DNA from: Bacteroidota bacterium
GTDB taxonomy: Bacteria; Bacteroidota; Bacteroidia; B-17B0; Aurantibacillaceae
Assembly: GCA_046345275.1 (NCBI GenBank)
Contig: JBKDJY010000081.1
Location: 1-31,772, forward strand
Length of the DNA stretch: 31,772 nucleotides
Direction of reading: 5' to 3'
Shown here in pieces: positions 10,861-19,272 of this stretch (position 1 is the first letter of the stretch; every line of letters starts with the position of its first letter). A program made the translations under genes and the position numbers. The notes under the pieces are model-generated. The model was not told the DNA's origin, ran no database searches, and saw only the letters and a list, made by a program, of their open reading frames with translations.

Positions 10861-11532
10861 ATGGAAAATATAGAAGAAAATAAAGAGAAATTAAATTTTT
10901 TAAATTTATTAATTATTATTCTTTCCTTTTATGTTTTAGGTTCTCTAGTTGTTGACACTTTCTTCAAACTTCCGCCTGAAATTGCTAAAGTATTAAATTA
11001 CGTTGACAATTTTATTTGCGGTGTTTTTTTGCTTGACTTTATTGTTAGATATAGACAAGCTGAAAATAAATTGCAATTTATGAAATGGGGCTGGATAGAT
11101 CTTATTGCAAGTGTTCCAACACTTGACTTTATGCGTGCAGGAAGACTTCTTAGACTAATCCGACTAATAAGAATTATTAGAGCTTTTCGCTCAACCAAAC
11201 ATATTGTTCAGCATGTCTTTAAAAATAAAGTTCAAGGCACTTTAACATCAGTTTCAATAATTGCGGTTTTAATGCTTCTGTTTTCTTCAATTGCAATTTT
11301 ACAATTTGAAACAGACCCAAATAGTAATATAAAAACCGCTGGCGATGCCATATGGTGGGCATATGTTACAATGACAACAGTTGGTTATGGAGACAAATAT
11401 CCTGTGACAACAGAAGGAAGAATTATTGCAGCAATATTAATGACAGTTGGCGTTGGACTTTTTGGGACATTTACAGCTTATGTTTCTTCGTGGTTCGTTA
11501 AAGACAACGCTAAGAGTGCAGAAGAAAAATAA
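10861..11532 (+). CDS. Voltage-gated-type (6TM) potassium channel
   Basis: 223 aa. S4-like arginine ladder RLLRLIRLIRIIRAFR. The K+ selectivity filter is TMTTVGYGD, flanked by S5 and S6 helices. There is no cytoplasmic regulatory domain. Confidence 0.88.
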   Translation: MENIEENKEKLNFLNLLIIILSFYVLGSLVVDTFFKLPPEIAKVLNYVDNFICGVFLLDFIVRYRQAENKLQFMKWGWIDLIASVPTLDFMRAGRLLRLIRLIRIIRAFRSTKHIVQHVFKNKVQGTLTSVSIIAVLMLLFSSIAILQFETDPNSNIKTAGDAIWWAYVTMTTVGYGDKYPVTTEGRIIAAILMTVGVGLFGTFTAYVSSWFVKDNAKSAEEK

Positions 11533-11721
11533 AGATTATCTGTTAACAGTTCTTAAAAAAATGTGTTTAGAAGTATAATTTGCCTACCGACGGCAGAATA
11601 ATTATTTTTAAGTAAGTAAAAAGAGAGACAGCATGAAGAAAATAATTAAGCTGAGTTGTAGTAGATACTTAATGTTTCAAAAGCCGCACTTCTTTTAGAT
11701 ACAAACCAACTAAATTAAATA

Positions 11722-12204
11722 ATGAAAAAATTAAACACAGTATTTTCAATTGTGGCATTTGGAATGATGTTTGTTTCCTGTAAAAATAATAAGTTTATGA
11801 TTCCGGAAATTAGCCTTACAGATAAACAATTGTTTGATAGTTGCAGCAATGCCGCAAATTTAATTTATTATAAAAATAATTCGTCAACGATATATTCTGG
11901 CGCCAATGGCCCCCATGGTCAGTTTAAATTAAAGTTTAATAAAATTGCATCATTGGCATTAACAGATAATGGAAAACTTCCTGTAGGCCAAACATTTCCA
12001 GACGGATCTCTTATTGTAAAAGAAATTCAGCCAGCTGGAATATTTGCTTTTATGTACAAATTTAAAAAGTCTTGGTTATGGGGTGAAGCTGAAGCAAATG
12101 GATCGACCATTTTTAGCATTGATAGCGACCCAACTAGCAAATGCATCAATTGCCATAGCCAATCAGGCGAAAGAGATTTAGTTGTGAGCTTTAACTTTTA
12201 TTGA
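11722..12204 (+). CDS. Lipoprotein with a C-terminal CXXCH haem-c motif, cytochrome P460-like
   Basis: 160 aa. Signal peptide and lipobox (MMFVSC). There is a single CINCH motif near the C-terminus, and the size and layout fit the P460 family. The family call is from memory only. Confidence 0.5.
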   Translation: MKKLNTVFSIVAFGMMFVSCKNNKFMIPEISLTDKQLFDSCSNAANLIYYKNNSSTIYSGANGPHGQFKLKFNKIASLALTDNGKLPVGQTFPDGSLIVKEIQPAGIFAFMYKFKKSWLWGEAEANGSTIFSIDSDPTSKCINCHSQSGERDLVVSFNFY

Positions 12205-13010
12205 GAAATCTTTTCAATTAATTCATTGCTGATGCCAGTAGAACTATAACCACCATCATGATATAGATTTTGCATGGTAACCATACGCGTTAAATCAGAA
12301 AATAAACTTACGGTGTAAGCAGCACAATCATCAGCACTGGCATTTCCAAGTGGAGATTGCAAATCAGCAAAAGTGTAAAAATCAGAGAATCCTTTTATTC
12401 CGCCACCAGCAGTTGTTTTGGTTGGTGATTGAGAAATTGTATTAATACGTACCTTTTTTTGCTTACCATAATGATAACCAAACGTACGCGCTATACTTTC
12501 TAGCATCGCTTTGATATCAGCCATATCAGTATAAAAAGGATAGCTGCGTTGTGCCGCTATGTATGATAATGCAACAACCGAAGCGTGTTCATTTAAAGCG
12601 TCTAATTTATGCGCAACTGCCAAAATTTTATGAAATGAAAAGGCTGAAACATCAATCCCTTTTTGATAGAAATCATAATTTAATTCCGTGTAAGGGATAT
12701 TTTTACGAATGTTTACACTCATGCCAATTGAATGCAAAACAAAATCAATTTTACCTCCCAATACATCCATCGATTCGGTATATAGCTTGGTAATATCTTC
12801 AATATTAGTTGCATCAGCTGGTATAATTTTTGCTCCAGTTTCTTCTGCCAATTTATTTATCTCTCCCATTCGCATGGCAATAGGCGCATTTGTTAAAGTA
12901 AAAGTTGCGCCTTCTTCATGGCATTTTTGTGCCACTTTCCATGCAATTGAATTTGCGTCTAAAGCCCCAGTAATAATTCCTCGTTTTCCTTTTAATAAAT
13001 TATACGCCAT
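12198..13010 (-). CDS. fabI: Enoyl-[acyl-carrier-protein] reductase (NADH), FabI
   Basis: 270 aa. SDR-type N-terminus LKGKRGIITG with a FabI-like Y..Y......K region (SYPFYTDMADIK). The 3' end overlaps the convergent upstream gene by 7 nt. Confidence 0.88.
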   Translation of the reverse strand: MAYNLLKGKRGIITGALDANSIAWKVAQKCHEEGATFTLTNAPIAMRMGEINKLAEETGAKIIPADATNIEDITKLYTESMDVLGGKIDFVLHSIGMSVNIRKNIPYTELNYDFYQKGIDVSAFSFHKILAVAHKLDALNEHASVVALSYIAAQRSYPFYTDMADIKAMLESIARTFGYHYGKQKKVRINTISQSPTKTTAGGGIKGFSDFYTFADLQSPLGNASADDCAAYTVSLFSDLTRMVTMQNLYHDGGYSSTGISNELIEKISQ

Positions 13011-13074
13011 GTGTCAGGTTTTAAAAAAATGTTTTCAAATATAATAAGAATTTAATATAAATCGATTGCTGGCC

Positions 13075-13779
13075 TTAAGCCTTTATTTCATTAATGATGC
13101 CTTCTTCTCCGCTATAAAAATGAGTTTCGGCTTCAGTTCTATGATTGAGATATTGTTGGTATTTATCTGAAAATTGTTTCCGTTGTGTGACAACATCATC
13201 GTAATTGCCATTTAAACCAATGAGCAATTCACAGGCTTCTCTCACTGCGAAATTGCCGCACTGAGATCCCGTAATATAATCAGCTAATTTATTTTTAATG
13301 ACATAAGCATTTAGCAATGGATTTGCCGTACGTGGAATAAATATTCTAACGCCACTAATTTCTGCCAGGCTCAAATCCAAGACATCATCAAAAATAAAAC
13401 ATATTTCATTCGGATTAATATGATGGCTTTCACACAAATGATTTGAAGCAATTAATTTATTTGCACATTTACCATACAGCGAATTCATTTTCTCGCGCGT
13501 GCACAAAATAGTAGCGGCTTTATTGTTTTCCCCTGAAATAATAGACGTTATAGGCAAATGGTTATGATTGATGTAATATGAAAACCTCAACAAGTTAGTT
13601 CCCATACTATCTACTTCATTAAATAAACTTTGCATACTTGCATCCTTTGAAGCATTTGTAAAAACACCATCCCAGTCGAAGACAAAAGCTTTGACGTGTT
13701 TTAATTTTTCAATCATGTCTACTTCAGAGCTTATAAACTGGCCTCCAATTCCATTAAATAAGTGAGTAAGATGTGACAT
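13075..13779 (-). CDS. HAD-superfamily phosphatase (KdsC-like subfamily IIIA)
   Basis: HAD motif I is FVFDWDGVFT, and motif IV-like is FIFDDVLDLS. The listed ORF starts at a TTG (13794), so I give the first ATG (13779). The true start could lie further in. Confidence 0.6.
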   Translation of the reverse strand: MSHLTHLFNGIGGQFISSEVDMIEKLKHVKAFVFDWDGVFTNASKDASMQSLFNEVDSMGTNLLRFSYYINHNHLPITSIISGENNKAATILCTREKMNSLYGKCANKLIASNHLCESHHINPNEICFIFDDVLDLSLAEISGVRIFIPRTANPLLNAYVIKNKLADYITGSQCGNFAVREACELLIGLNGNYDDVVTQRKQFSDKYQQYLNHRTEAETHFYSGEEGIINEIKA

Positions 13780-13892
13780 TGAGCAAATATACAAAAAAGT
13801 AGAATTAAATATATAAGAGAAATATCTGTCAAATTATTGAAGTGACTTAAACTTAAAAGTATTAACTTCACGCCTCAAAATAGCCCTAAAAT

Positions 13893-15341
13893 ATGACACG
13901 TACAAAGATAAAAGACATTTTAACGGAAGGATTGATTAATGAAACAATCAACGTAAAAGGTTGGGTAAGAACATTCAGAAATAATTCATTTATTGCGTTA
14001 AACGATGGCTCAAGTATAAATAACTTACAAGCCGTGGTAAATTTTGAAACGACTGATCATACCATTTTAAAAAGAATTACGCCAGGCGCCTGTGTTAGTA
14101 TAACTGGCTTATTGGTGGAATCTCAAGGCAAAGGGCAAACGGTTGAGGTCATCGTTAAAGATATTGAAATTTATGGAGATAGCGAGTCAGATGTTACGAA
14201 ACCAAATTCATATCCATTGCAGCCTAAAGCACATTCTTTAGAGTATTTAAGAGAAATTGCACATTTACGTTTCCGTACTAACACATTTGGCGCCATTTTT
14301 AGAGTACGTCACACACTGGCCTATGCCATCCATAAATTTTTTAATGATAAAGGATTTGTGTATTTACACACACCAATCATTACAAGTAGTGATGCAGAAG
14401 GTGCTGGAGAGATGTTTCGCGTTACAACATTGGATCAGAAAAATCCACCATTAACAGAAACCAATGAAGTTGATTTCAAACAAGATTTTTTTGGAAAAGC
14501 AACGAATCTTACTGTATCTGGACAATTGGAGGGTGAATTGGGAGCCATGGCTTTTAGTGATGTATACACATTTGGCCCAACTTTTAGAGCAGAAAACTCC
14601 AACACAACACGCCACTTAGCGGAGTTTTGGATGGTTGAACCAGAAATGGCATTTTATGATTTGAAAGATAACATGGCATTGGCTGAAGAAATGTTGAAAT
14701 ACTTGATTCATTATGCGTTGCAACATAATAAAGAAGATATTGAGTTTTTATCTAAAAGGTTATTGGATGAAGAAAAACAAAAACCTCAAGCTGAAAGGAG
14801 TGAGTTATCCTTAATTGAAAAATTAAATTTTTGTTTGGCAAACAATTTTGCGAAAATTACTTACACGGAGGCTATTGACATTTTAAGAGAAAGTAACCAC
14901 AATAAAAAGAAGAAGTTTCAATATGTTATTGAAGCTTGGGGTGCGGATTTACAAAGTGAACATGAACGATACTTAGTAGAAAAACATTTTAAAAAGCCTG
15001 TTATTTTAACGGATTATCCCAAAGACATTAAATCATTTTATATGCGACAAAATGATGATGGCAAAACGGTAGCCGCTATGGATATTTTATTTCCAGGCAT
15101 TGGAGAAATTATTGGTGGCTCACAACGGGAAGAGCGCTTAGAGAAATTAGAAAACCGAATGAATGAAATGAAAATTCCAACAAACGACTTGCAGTGGTAC
15201 TTGGATACAAGGCGTTTTGGAACATGTCCACATGCTGGGTTTGGCTTAGGTTTTGAGCGACTGGTATTATTTATTACAGGTATGACAAACATTCGAGATG
15301 TGATTGCTTTCCCACGAACGCCTCATAATTGTGAGTTTTAG
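13893..15341 (+). CDS. asnS: Asparagine--tRNA ligase
   Basis: 482 aa. N-terminal OB anticodon-binding domain. Class II motif 2 is [25 protein letters not shown], and motif 3 is [10 protein letters not shown]. Confidence 0.92.
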   Translation: MTRTKIKDILTEGLINETINVKGWVRTFRNNSFIALNDGSSINNLQAVVNFETTDHTILKRITPGACVSITGLLVESQGKGQTVEVIVKDIEIYGDSESDVTKPNSYPLQPKAHSLEYLREIAHLRFRTNTFGAIFRVRHTLAYAIHKFFNDKGFVYLHTPIITSSDAEGAGEMFRVTTLDQKNPPLTETNEVDFKQDFFGKATNLTVSGQLEGELGAMAFSDVYTFGPTFRAENSNTTRHLAEFWMVEPEMAFYDLKDNMALAEEMLKYLIHYALQHNKEDIEFLSKRLLDEEKQKPQAERSELSLIEKLNFCLANNFAKITYTEAIDILRESNHNKKKKFQYVIEAWGADLQSEHERYLVEKHFKKPVILTDYPKDIKSFYMRQNDDGKTVAAMDILFPGIGEIIGGSQREERLEKLENRMNEMKIPTNDLQWYLDTRRFGTCPHAGFGLGFERLVLFITGMTNIRDVIAFPRTPHNCEF

Positions 15342-15825
15342 AAATAATCTTTTAATGATGACAACTTTTTAGGGTGTGATTAAAAAATTAATTGGTTAGA
15401 AAATTGGGTGTTATCCTCAAAAACATTTTATCATTTTTTTCTATTAAAAATTTTTCGATTTAATGCTATAAATTATTTAAAATGCTAGTTATAGCCAATT
15501 TTAGGAAACCCCTTCCAAAGACGACCGACCGACCAAAATTTAAACATTAAAAACAAAGACAAACCATTTTGACAGGTGACCAAAAACATACAGACCATAT
15601 TGCAACTGGACAGCGAGTAATCTATTCCGACACTCAAGCCGACCCGATGTTTTTTATTTTTTTTCCCATCGCACTTTTTTAAAAACAATTTTATCCAGCC
15701 GCACAAGTGGCAGATTTGGTTTTGCTCGACACACAAGCCAACGCTTCGCAAAATCAAAACCGCCACTTTTTAGCCAAGGCATCAACAATAAATCGTATTT
15801 TGCACTAAGGAATTTGAATGAATAA

Positions 15826-18432
15826 ATGATAGATAAAAAAACACTTTCTGAACGTGATATTTGCACCAAGTTTATTACTCCTGCGGTTGAAAAAGCGGGT
15901 TGGAATAGACTGACACAGCTATTGGAGGAAGTTTCGTTCACGGACGGAAAAATTTATGTTAGAGGTAAACTAACGGCAAGAAGCAATAAAAAACGCGCCG
16001 ACTACATCCTGTATTTTAAACCCAACATTCCTGTTGCAATTATTGAAGCGAAAGACAATAAACATTCGGTGAGAGCCGGTATTCAACAGGCTTTGGACTA
16101 TGCTCAAATACTCGACATTCCTTGTGTTTTCAGCAGCAACGGTGACGGCTTTTTATTTCACGACCGCACGGCAACAGACGGAAATATTGAAACCGAAATT
16201 GCTATTGACGACTTTCCTACTCCCGAACAACTTTGGGAGAAATACAAAAAATACAAAGGCATCACAACGCCAACGGCTGAAAAAATTGCTTCGCAAGATT
16301 ATTACTTTGATGGAACAAACCGCAAACCAAGATACTATCAACAAATTGCAGTAAACAGAACTGTTGAAGCCATTGCCAACGAACAGAACCGAATTATTCT
16401 AGTAATGGCAACAGGTACAGGTAAAACTTATACTGCTTTTCAAATTATTTACCGTTTATGGAAATCAAGAAGTAAAAAAAGAATTTTGTTTCTTGCAGAC
16501 AGAACAGCTTTAATTGACCAAACAAGAAAGGGCGATTTTAAGCACTTTAAAGATAAAATGACTATCATTAAAAAGAAAGTCGTTTCTAACAAAGATGGTA
16601 AAGACGAACTAGTTTCCAATAAAAAAAGGGGAATTGATACTGAAGATAAAGCCTACGAAGTATTTCTTGGTTTATACCAAGGCTTAACTAATAATGAACC
16701 AGGTATTGAGGATGCTTATAAAGATTTTTCGCCTGACTTTTTTGACTTGATTGTAATTGACGAGTGTCACAGAGGAAGTGCAAAAGAAGACAGCAGTTGG
16801 AGAGAAATTTTATCCTATTTCAAAAACGCTACGCATATTGGTTTAACTGCCACGCCAAAGGAAACCAAAGAAACAAGCAACACCGAATATTTTGGTGACC
16901 CTGTTTATACCTATTCATTGAAACAAGGTATTGATGATGGTTTCCTTGCTCCTTATCGTGTAGTAAGAATTGGTTTGAATATAGATGCAGAAGGCTGGCG
17001 ACCAGATCAAGGCAAGACCGACAAAGATGGAAATGAATTTGAAGACAGAGTTTATAATCGCAAAGACTTTGACCGCAGTTTGGTAATTGAAGAACGAACA
17101 GACTTAGTTGCAAAAAAACTTACCGAGTTTTTAAAAGGTTACGACCGTTTTGCAAAAACGATTGTGTTTTGTGTGGACATTGACCACGCTGAACGAATGA
17201 GAACATCATTAGCCAAACAAAATGCTGATTTAGTTTCCGAGAATTACAAATACGTTATGCAAATAACTGGCGACAATGATGAAGGCAAACGGGAATTAGG
17301 CAACTTCATAAATCCTGAAGAAAAATATCCTGTCATTGCGACTACTTCTGAATTAATGACTACTGGCGTTGATGCTCAAACTTGTAAAGTAATTGTGTTG
17401 GATGCCAACATCAATTCAATGACCAAGTTCAAACAAATTATTGGTAGAGGAACGCGTATCAATGAAGAATTCGGAAAACTCTATTTCACCATTCTTGATT
17501 TTAGAAACGCAACCGATTTGTTTGCCGACAAAGATTTTGATGGCGACCCAATTCGAGTAAAACCAGTTTCGCAAGACGAAGATTTATCATTGGTGGTTAT
17601 TGAAGAAGAAGAAAACACTGTAACAGTTTTAGATGAAGCTACAGGCGAAGAAATTGTATTTGAAAAAGCACAAATTCGTTATCCTGATGGTTCAAAATTA
17701 GGAGGCAATTGGGTTGCTAGAGAACCTGATGCAAGAAGAGAAAAAATTTATGTAAATGGTGTTGATGTTTCTGTTTTGGTGAGCCGTGAAATATATTTTG
17801 ACCAACACGGAAAACCAATTACTACAAGTTTAAAAGACCATACCAAAGAAATCATCAAAGAAAACTTTGCTTCGTTAGATGACTTTTTAAATAAATGGAA
17901 CACCACCGCCCGCAAAGAAGCCATCATTGCTGAATTGCAAGAACAAGGCGTAATGGTGGAAGCTTTGTATGATGCCGTAAACAAAGACCTGCCCGCCTTT
18001 AAAGAAGGGAAATTTTATACTTATGTAATTGAATGCAAAGACGGAACTTTTTACAAAGGACATACACAAGATTTAAAAAGAAGATTTGATGAACACAAAA
18101 ATGGATTAGGAGCTGAATGGACTAAAAATCATAAAGTGAGAGATTTAGTTCATTTTGAAGTTTTTAATACAAAGGTAGAAGCAATTAATAGAGAAGATTA
18201 TTTTAAATCTGGTCGAGGTAGAGAATGGTTAAAAGCTGAAAGAGAGAAAGGATTGTTGAACGGCAGGCAGGCGGGAGTGGATTTGTTCGACTTGATTTGT
18301 CACGTTGCATTTGACCAACCACCATTAACACGCCAGGAAAGAGCCAATAACGTAAAAAAGCGAAACTATTTTACCAAGTATGGGCGACCAAGCCAAAAAA
18401 GTATTAGAGGCCTTGTTAGACAAATACGCTGA
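15826..18432 (+). CDS. hsdR: Type I restriction enzyme R subunit (EcoEI-like), main reading frame; carries an internal GIY-YIG insert and ends prematurely after a frameshift
   Basis: N-terminal PD-(D/E)xK nuclease region (ADYILY...AIIEAKD). SF2 motor motifs are MATGTGKT, VIDECHRG and QIIGRGTR. The C-terminal domain begins EcoEI_R_C-like (DLFDLICHVAFDQPPLTRQERA). From about 18382 the frame reads unrelated residues (GRPSQKSIRGLVRQIR*). Confidence 0.9.
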   Translation: MIDKKTLSERDICTKFITPAVEKAGWNRLTQLLEEVSFTDGKIYVRGKLTARSNKKRADYILYFKPNIPVAIIEAKDNKHSVRAGIQQALDYAQILDIPCVFSSNGDGFLFHDRTATDGNIETEIAIDDFPTPEQLWEKYKKYKGITTPTAEKIASQDYYFDGTNRKPRYYQQIAVNRTVEAIANEQNRIILVMATGTGKTYTAFQIIYRLWKSRSKKRILFLADRTALIDQTRKGDFKHFKDKMTIIKKKVVSNKDGKDELVSNKKRGIDTEDKAYEVFLGLYQGLTNNEPGIEDAYKDFSPDFFDLIVIDECHRGSAKEDSSWREILSYFKNATHIGLTATPKETKETSNTEYFGDPVYTYSLKQGIDDGFLAPYRVVRIGLNIDAEGWRPDQGKTDKDGNEFEDRVYNRKDFDRSLVIEERTDLVAKKLTEFLKGYDRFAKTIVFCVDIDHAERMRTSLAKQNADLVSENYKYVMQITGDNDEGKRELGNFINPEEKYPVIATTSELMTTGVDAQTCKVIVLDANINSMTKFKQIIGRGTRINEEFGKLYFTILDFRNATDLFADKDFDGDPIRVKPVSQDEDLSLVVIEEEENTVTVLDEATGEEIVFEKAQIRYPDGSKLGGNWVAREPDARREKIYVNGVDVSVLVSREIYFDQHGKPITTSLKDHTKEIIKENFASLDDFLNKWNTTARKEAIIAELQEQGVMVEALYDAVNKDLPAFKEGKFYTYVIECKDGTFYKGHTQDLKRRFDEHKNGLGAEWTKNHKVRDLVHFEVFNTKVEAINREDYFKSGRGREWLKAEREKGLLNGRQAGVDLFDLICHVAFDQPPLTRQERANNVKKRNYFTKYGRPSQKSIRGLVRQIR
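17988..18277 (+). mobile_element. In-frame GIY-YIG nuclease module (about 96 codons) inserted in hsdR, bounded by GC-rich imperfect inverted repeats
   Basis: The translation KFYTYVIECKDGTFYKGHTQDLKRRFDEHKNGLGAEWTK...FNTKVEAINREDYFK has the GIY..YIG..R..E layout. The insert is visibly more AT-rich than the flanking hsdR. The termini cctgcccgcc (17988-17997) and ggcaggcagg (18262-18271) pair 9/10. Confidence 0.6.
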
Positions 18433-18592
18433 TGAAGGCATCACAAATATTGAAAGCATTGAAGTATTGAGAGTAAATCCATTTGATGAATTTGGAAGTC
18501 CTATGGAAATTTTCAGTGAGTTTGGAAGCAAAGAAAATTATTTGCAAGCCGTAAAAGAATTAGAAATTGAATTGTATAAAAATATAGGATAG
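18380..18592 (+). CDS. hsdR: C-terminal remainder of HsdR (rest of the EcoEI_R_C-type domain) in the next reading frame
   Basis: GDQAKKVLEALLDKYADEGITNIESIEVLRVNPFDEFGSPMEIFSEFGSKENYLQAVKELEIELY continues the domain begun in the upstream frame. Removing one G from GGG at 18382-18384 joins ...FTKYG to DQAKKV. Confidence 0.8.
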   Translation: MGDQAKKVLEALLDKYADEGITNIESIEVLRVNPFDEFGSPMEIFSEFGSKENYLQAVKELEIELYKNIG

Positions 18593-18600
18593 ATAAATTG

Positions 18601-18647
18601 GAATGGGTTGAAACCTATTCTGTAAAAAAAATAGGGTTTAGCCAAAA
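18601..18647. repeat. REP-like hairpins on the left flank of the RAYT gene
   Basis: Imperfect palindrome gaatgggtt-ga-aacctattc (18601-18620). The element atagggtttagccaaaa (18631-18647) matches the reverse complement of 19097-19113 at 16/17 positions. Confidence 0.7.
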
Positions 18648-18656
18648 AAAATAAAA

Positions 18657-19094
18657 ATGCCATTTGTTAAAGTATATATCCATTTTGTTTGGAGTACAAA
18701 AAATAGATATCCATTCTTAGATTCAAAAGAATTGAGACTTAAAACATGGAATCATATAAGAGAAAATGCCAAAGAGAAAGGAATTTTTATTGATTTCATA
18801 AATGGATATTCAGACCATTGCCATTGTTTAGTTTCATTAAGTATTGATCAGACTATTCAAAAAGTCATGCAATTGATTAAAGGTGAATCTTCCTATTGGA
18901 TAAACAAACACGGTTTGACAAAAGAAAAGTTTGAATGGCAAGATGAGTATTTTGCAGTTTCAGTTTCGGAATCTATAATTGACAAAGTCAGAGAATATAT
19001 TAAAAATCAAGAAGAGCATCATAGCAAAAAAACATTTCAGGAGGAATATGATGAATTTATTAGCAAATATGAATTTGAGAAATTTAAAGGATAA
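18657..19094 (+). CDS. IS200/IS605-like Y1 (HUH) transposase, REP-associated tyrosine transposase (RAYT) type
   Basis: 145 aa. N-terminus YIHFVWSTKNR. The HUH motif is in SDHCHCLVSL. KGESSYWIN is present, and the C-terminal helix EYIKNQEEHH carries the catalytic-Tyr signature (YI..Q). Inverted REP hairpins flank the gene. Confidence 0.85.
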   Translation: MPFVKVYIHFVWSTKNRYPFLDSKELRLKTWNHIRENAKEKGIFIDFINGYSDHCHCLVSLSIDQTIQKVMQLIKGESSYWINKHGLTKEKFEWQDEYFAVSVSESIIDKVREYIKNQEEHHSKKTFQEEYDEFISKYEFEKFKG

Positions 19095-19096
19095 TA

Positions 19097-19255
19097 TTTT
19101 GGCTAAAGCCTATGAAGGAATTGAATTTATTTGTCCTCCTGCTAAAGCAGGAGGCAATTCAAAAGCAGGAGGCAATTCAAATTTCATTTCCTTTAATAGG
19201 AATGTGGCTTTAGCCCATTCCATTAAAAACAAATAAGTAAAAATGGCTTTAGCCA
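19097..19255. repeat. REP/BIME-like hairpin cluster on the right flank of the RAYT gene
   Basis: Elements seen: ttttggctaaagcctat (19097-19113); hairpin cctcctgc-taaa-gcaggagg (19135-19154); an 18-nt tandem duplication agcaggaggcaattcaaa x2 (19146-19181); hairpin ggaatgtggc-ttta-gcccattcc (19199-19221); palindrome tggctttagcca (19244-19255). Confidence 0.75.
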
Positions 19256-19272
19256 AACAAAATAACTAACAA

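Noticed and set aside
12198-12204. 7-nt overlap of the convergent P460-like gene and fabI 3' ends
   Set aside because: Short convergent stop-region overlaps are common in compact genomes, and no hairpin or regulatory feature was seen.
15485-15941. Two minus-strand ORFs (93 and 95 aa) upstream of and overlapping the hsdR start
   Set aside because: No recognisable motifs and odd Cys/Leu-rich composition. One overlaps the well-supported hsdR N-terminus antisense. I treat the region as non-coding island border or promoter sequence.
17988-18277. Possibility that the HsdR insert is an intein or a self-splicing intron carrying a homing endonuclease
   Set aside because: The junction residues are wrong for an intein: Leu at the N-terminal junction, ...QAG|V at the C-terminal one, no Cys/Ser/Thr +1, no His-Asn. 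There are no Hint blocks. About 290 nt is too short for a group I or II intron, and it is fully open in frame with the host gene.
19146-19181. Tandem 18-nt repeat, considered as a possible minimal CRISPR or other array
   Set aside because: There are only two directly adjacent copies with no spacers. It is part of the REP/BIME-like cluster next to the RAYT gene, and no cas genes are in the window.
18979-19236. 85-aa ORF overlapping the RAYT 3' end and the intergenic region
   Set aside because: It is read through the REP hairpins and the 18-nt tandem duplication, giving AKAGGNSKAGGNS. It overlaps a well-supported gene in another frame, so it is most likely a repeat-translation artefact.
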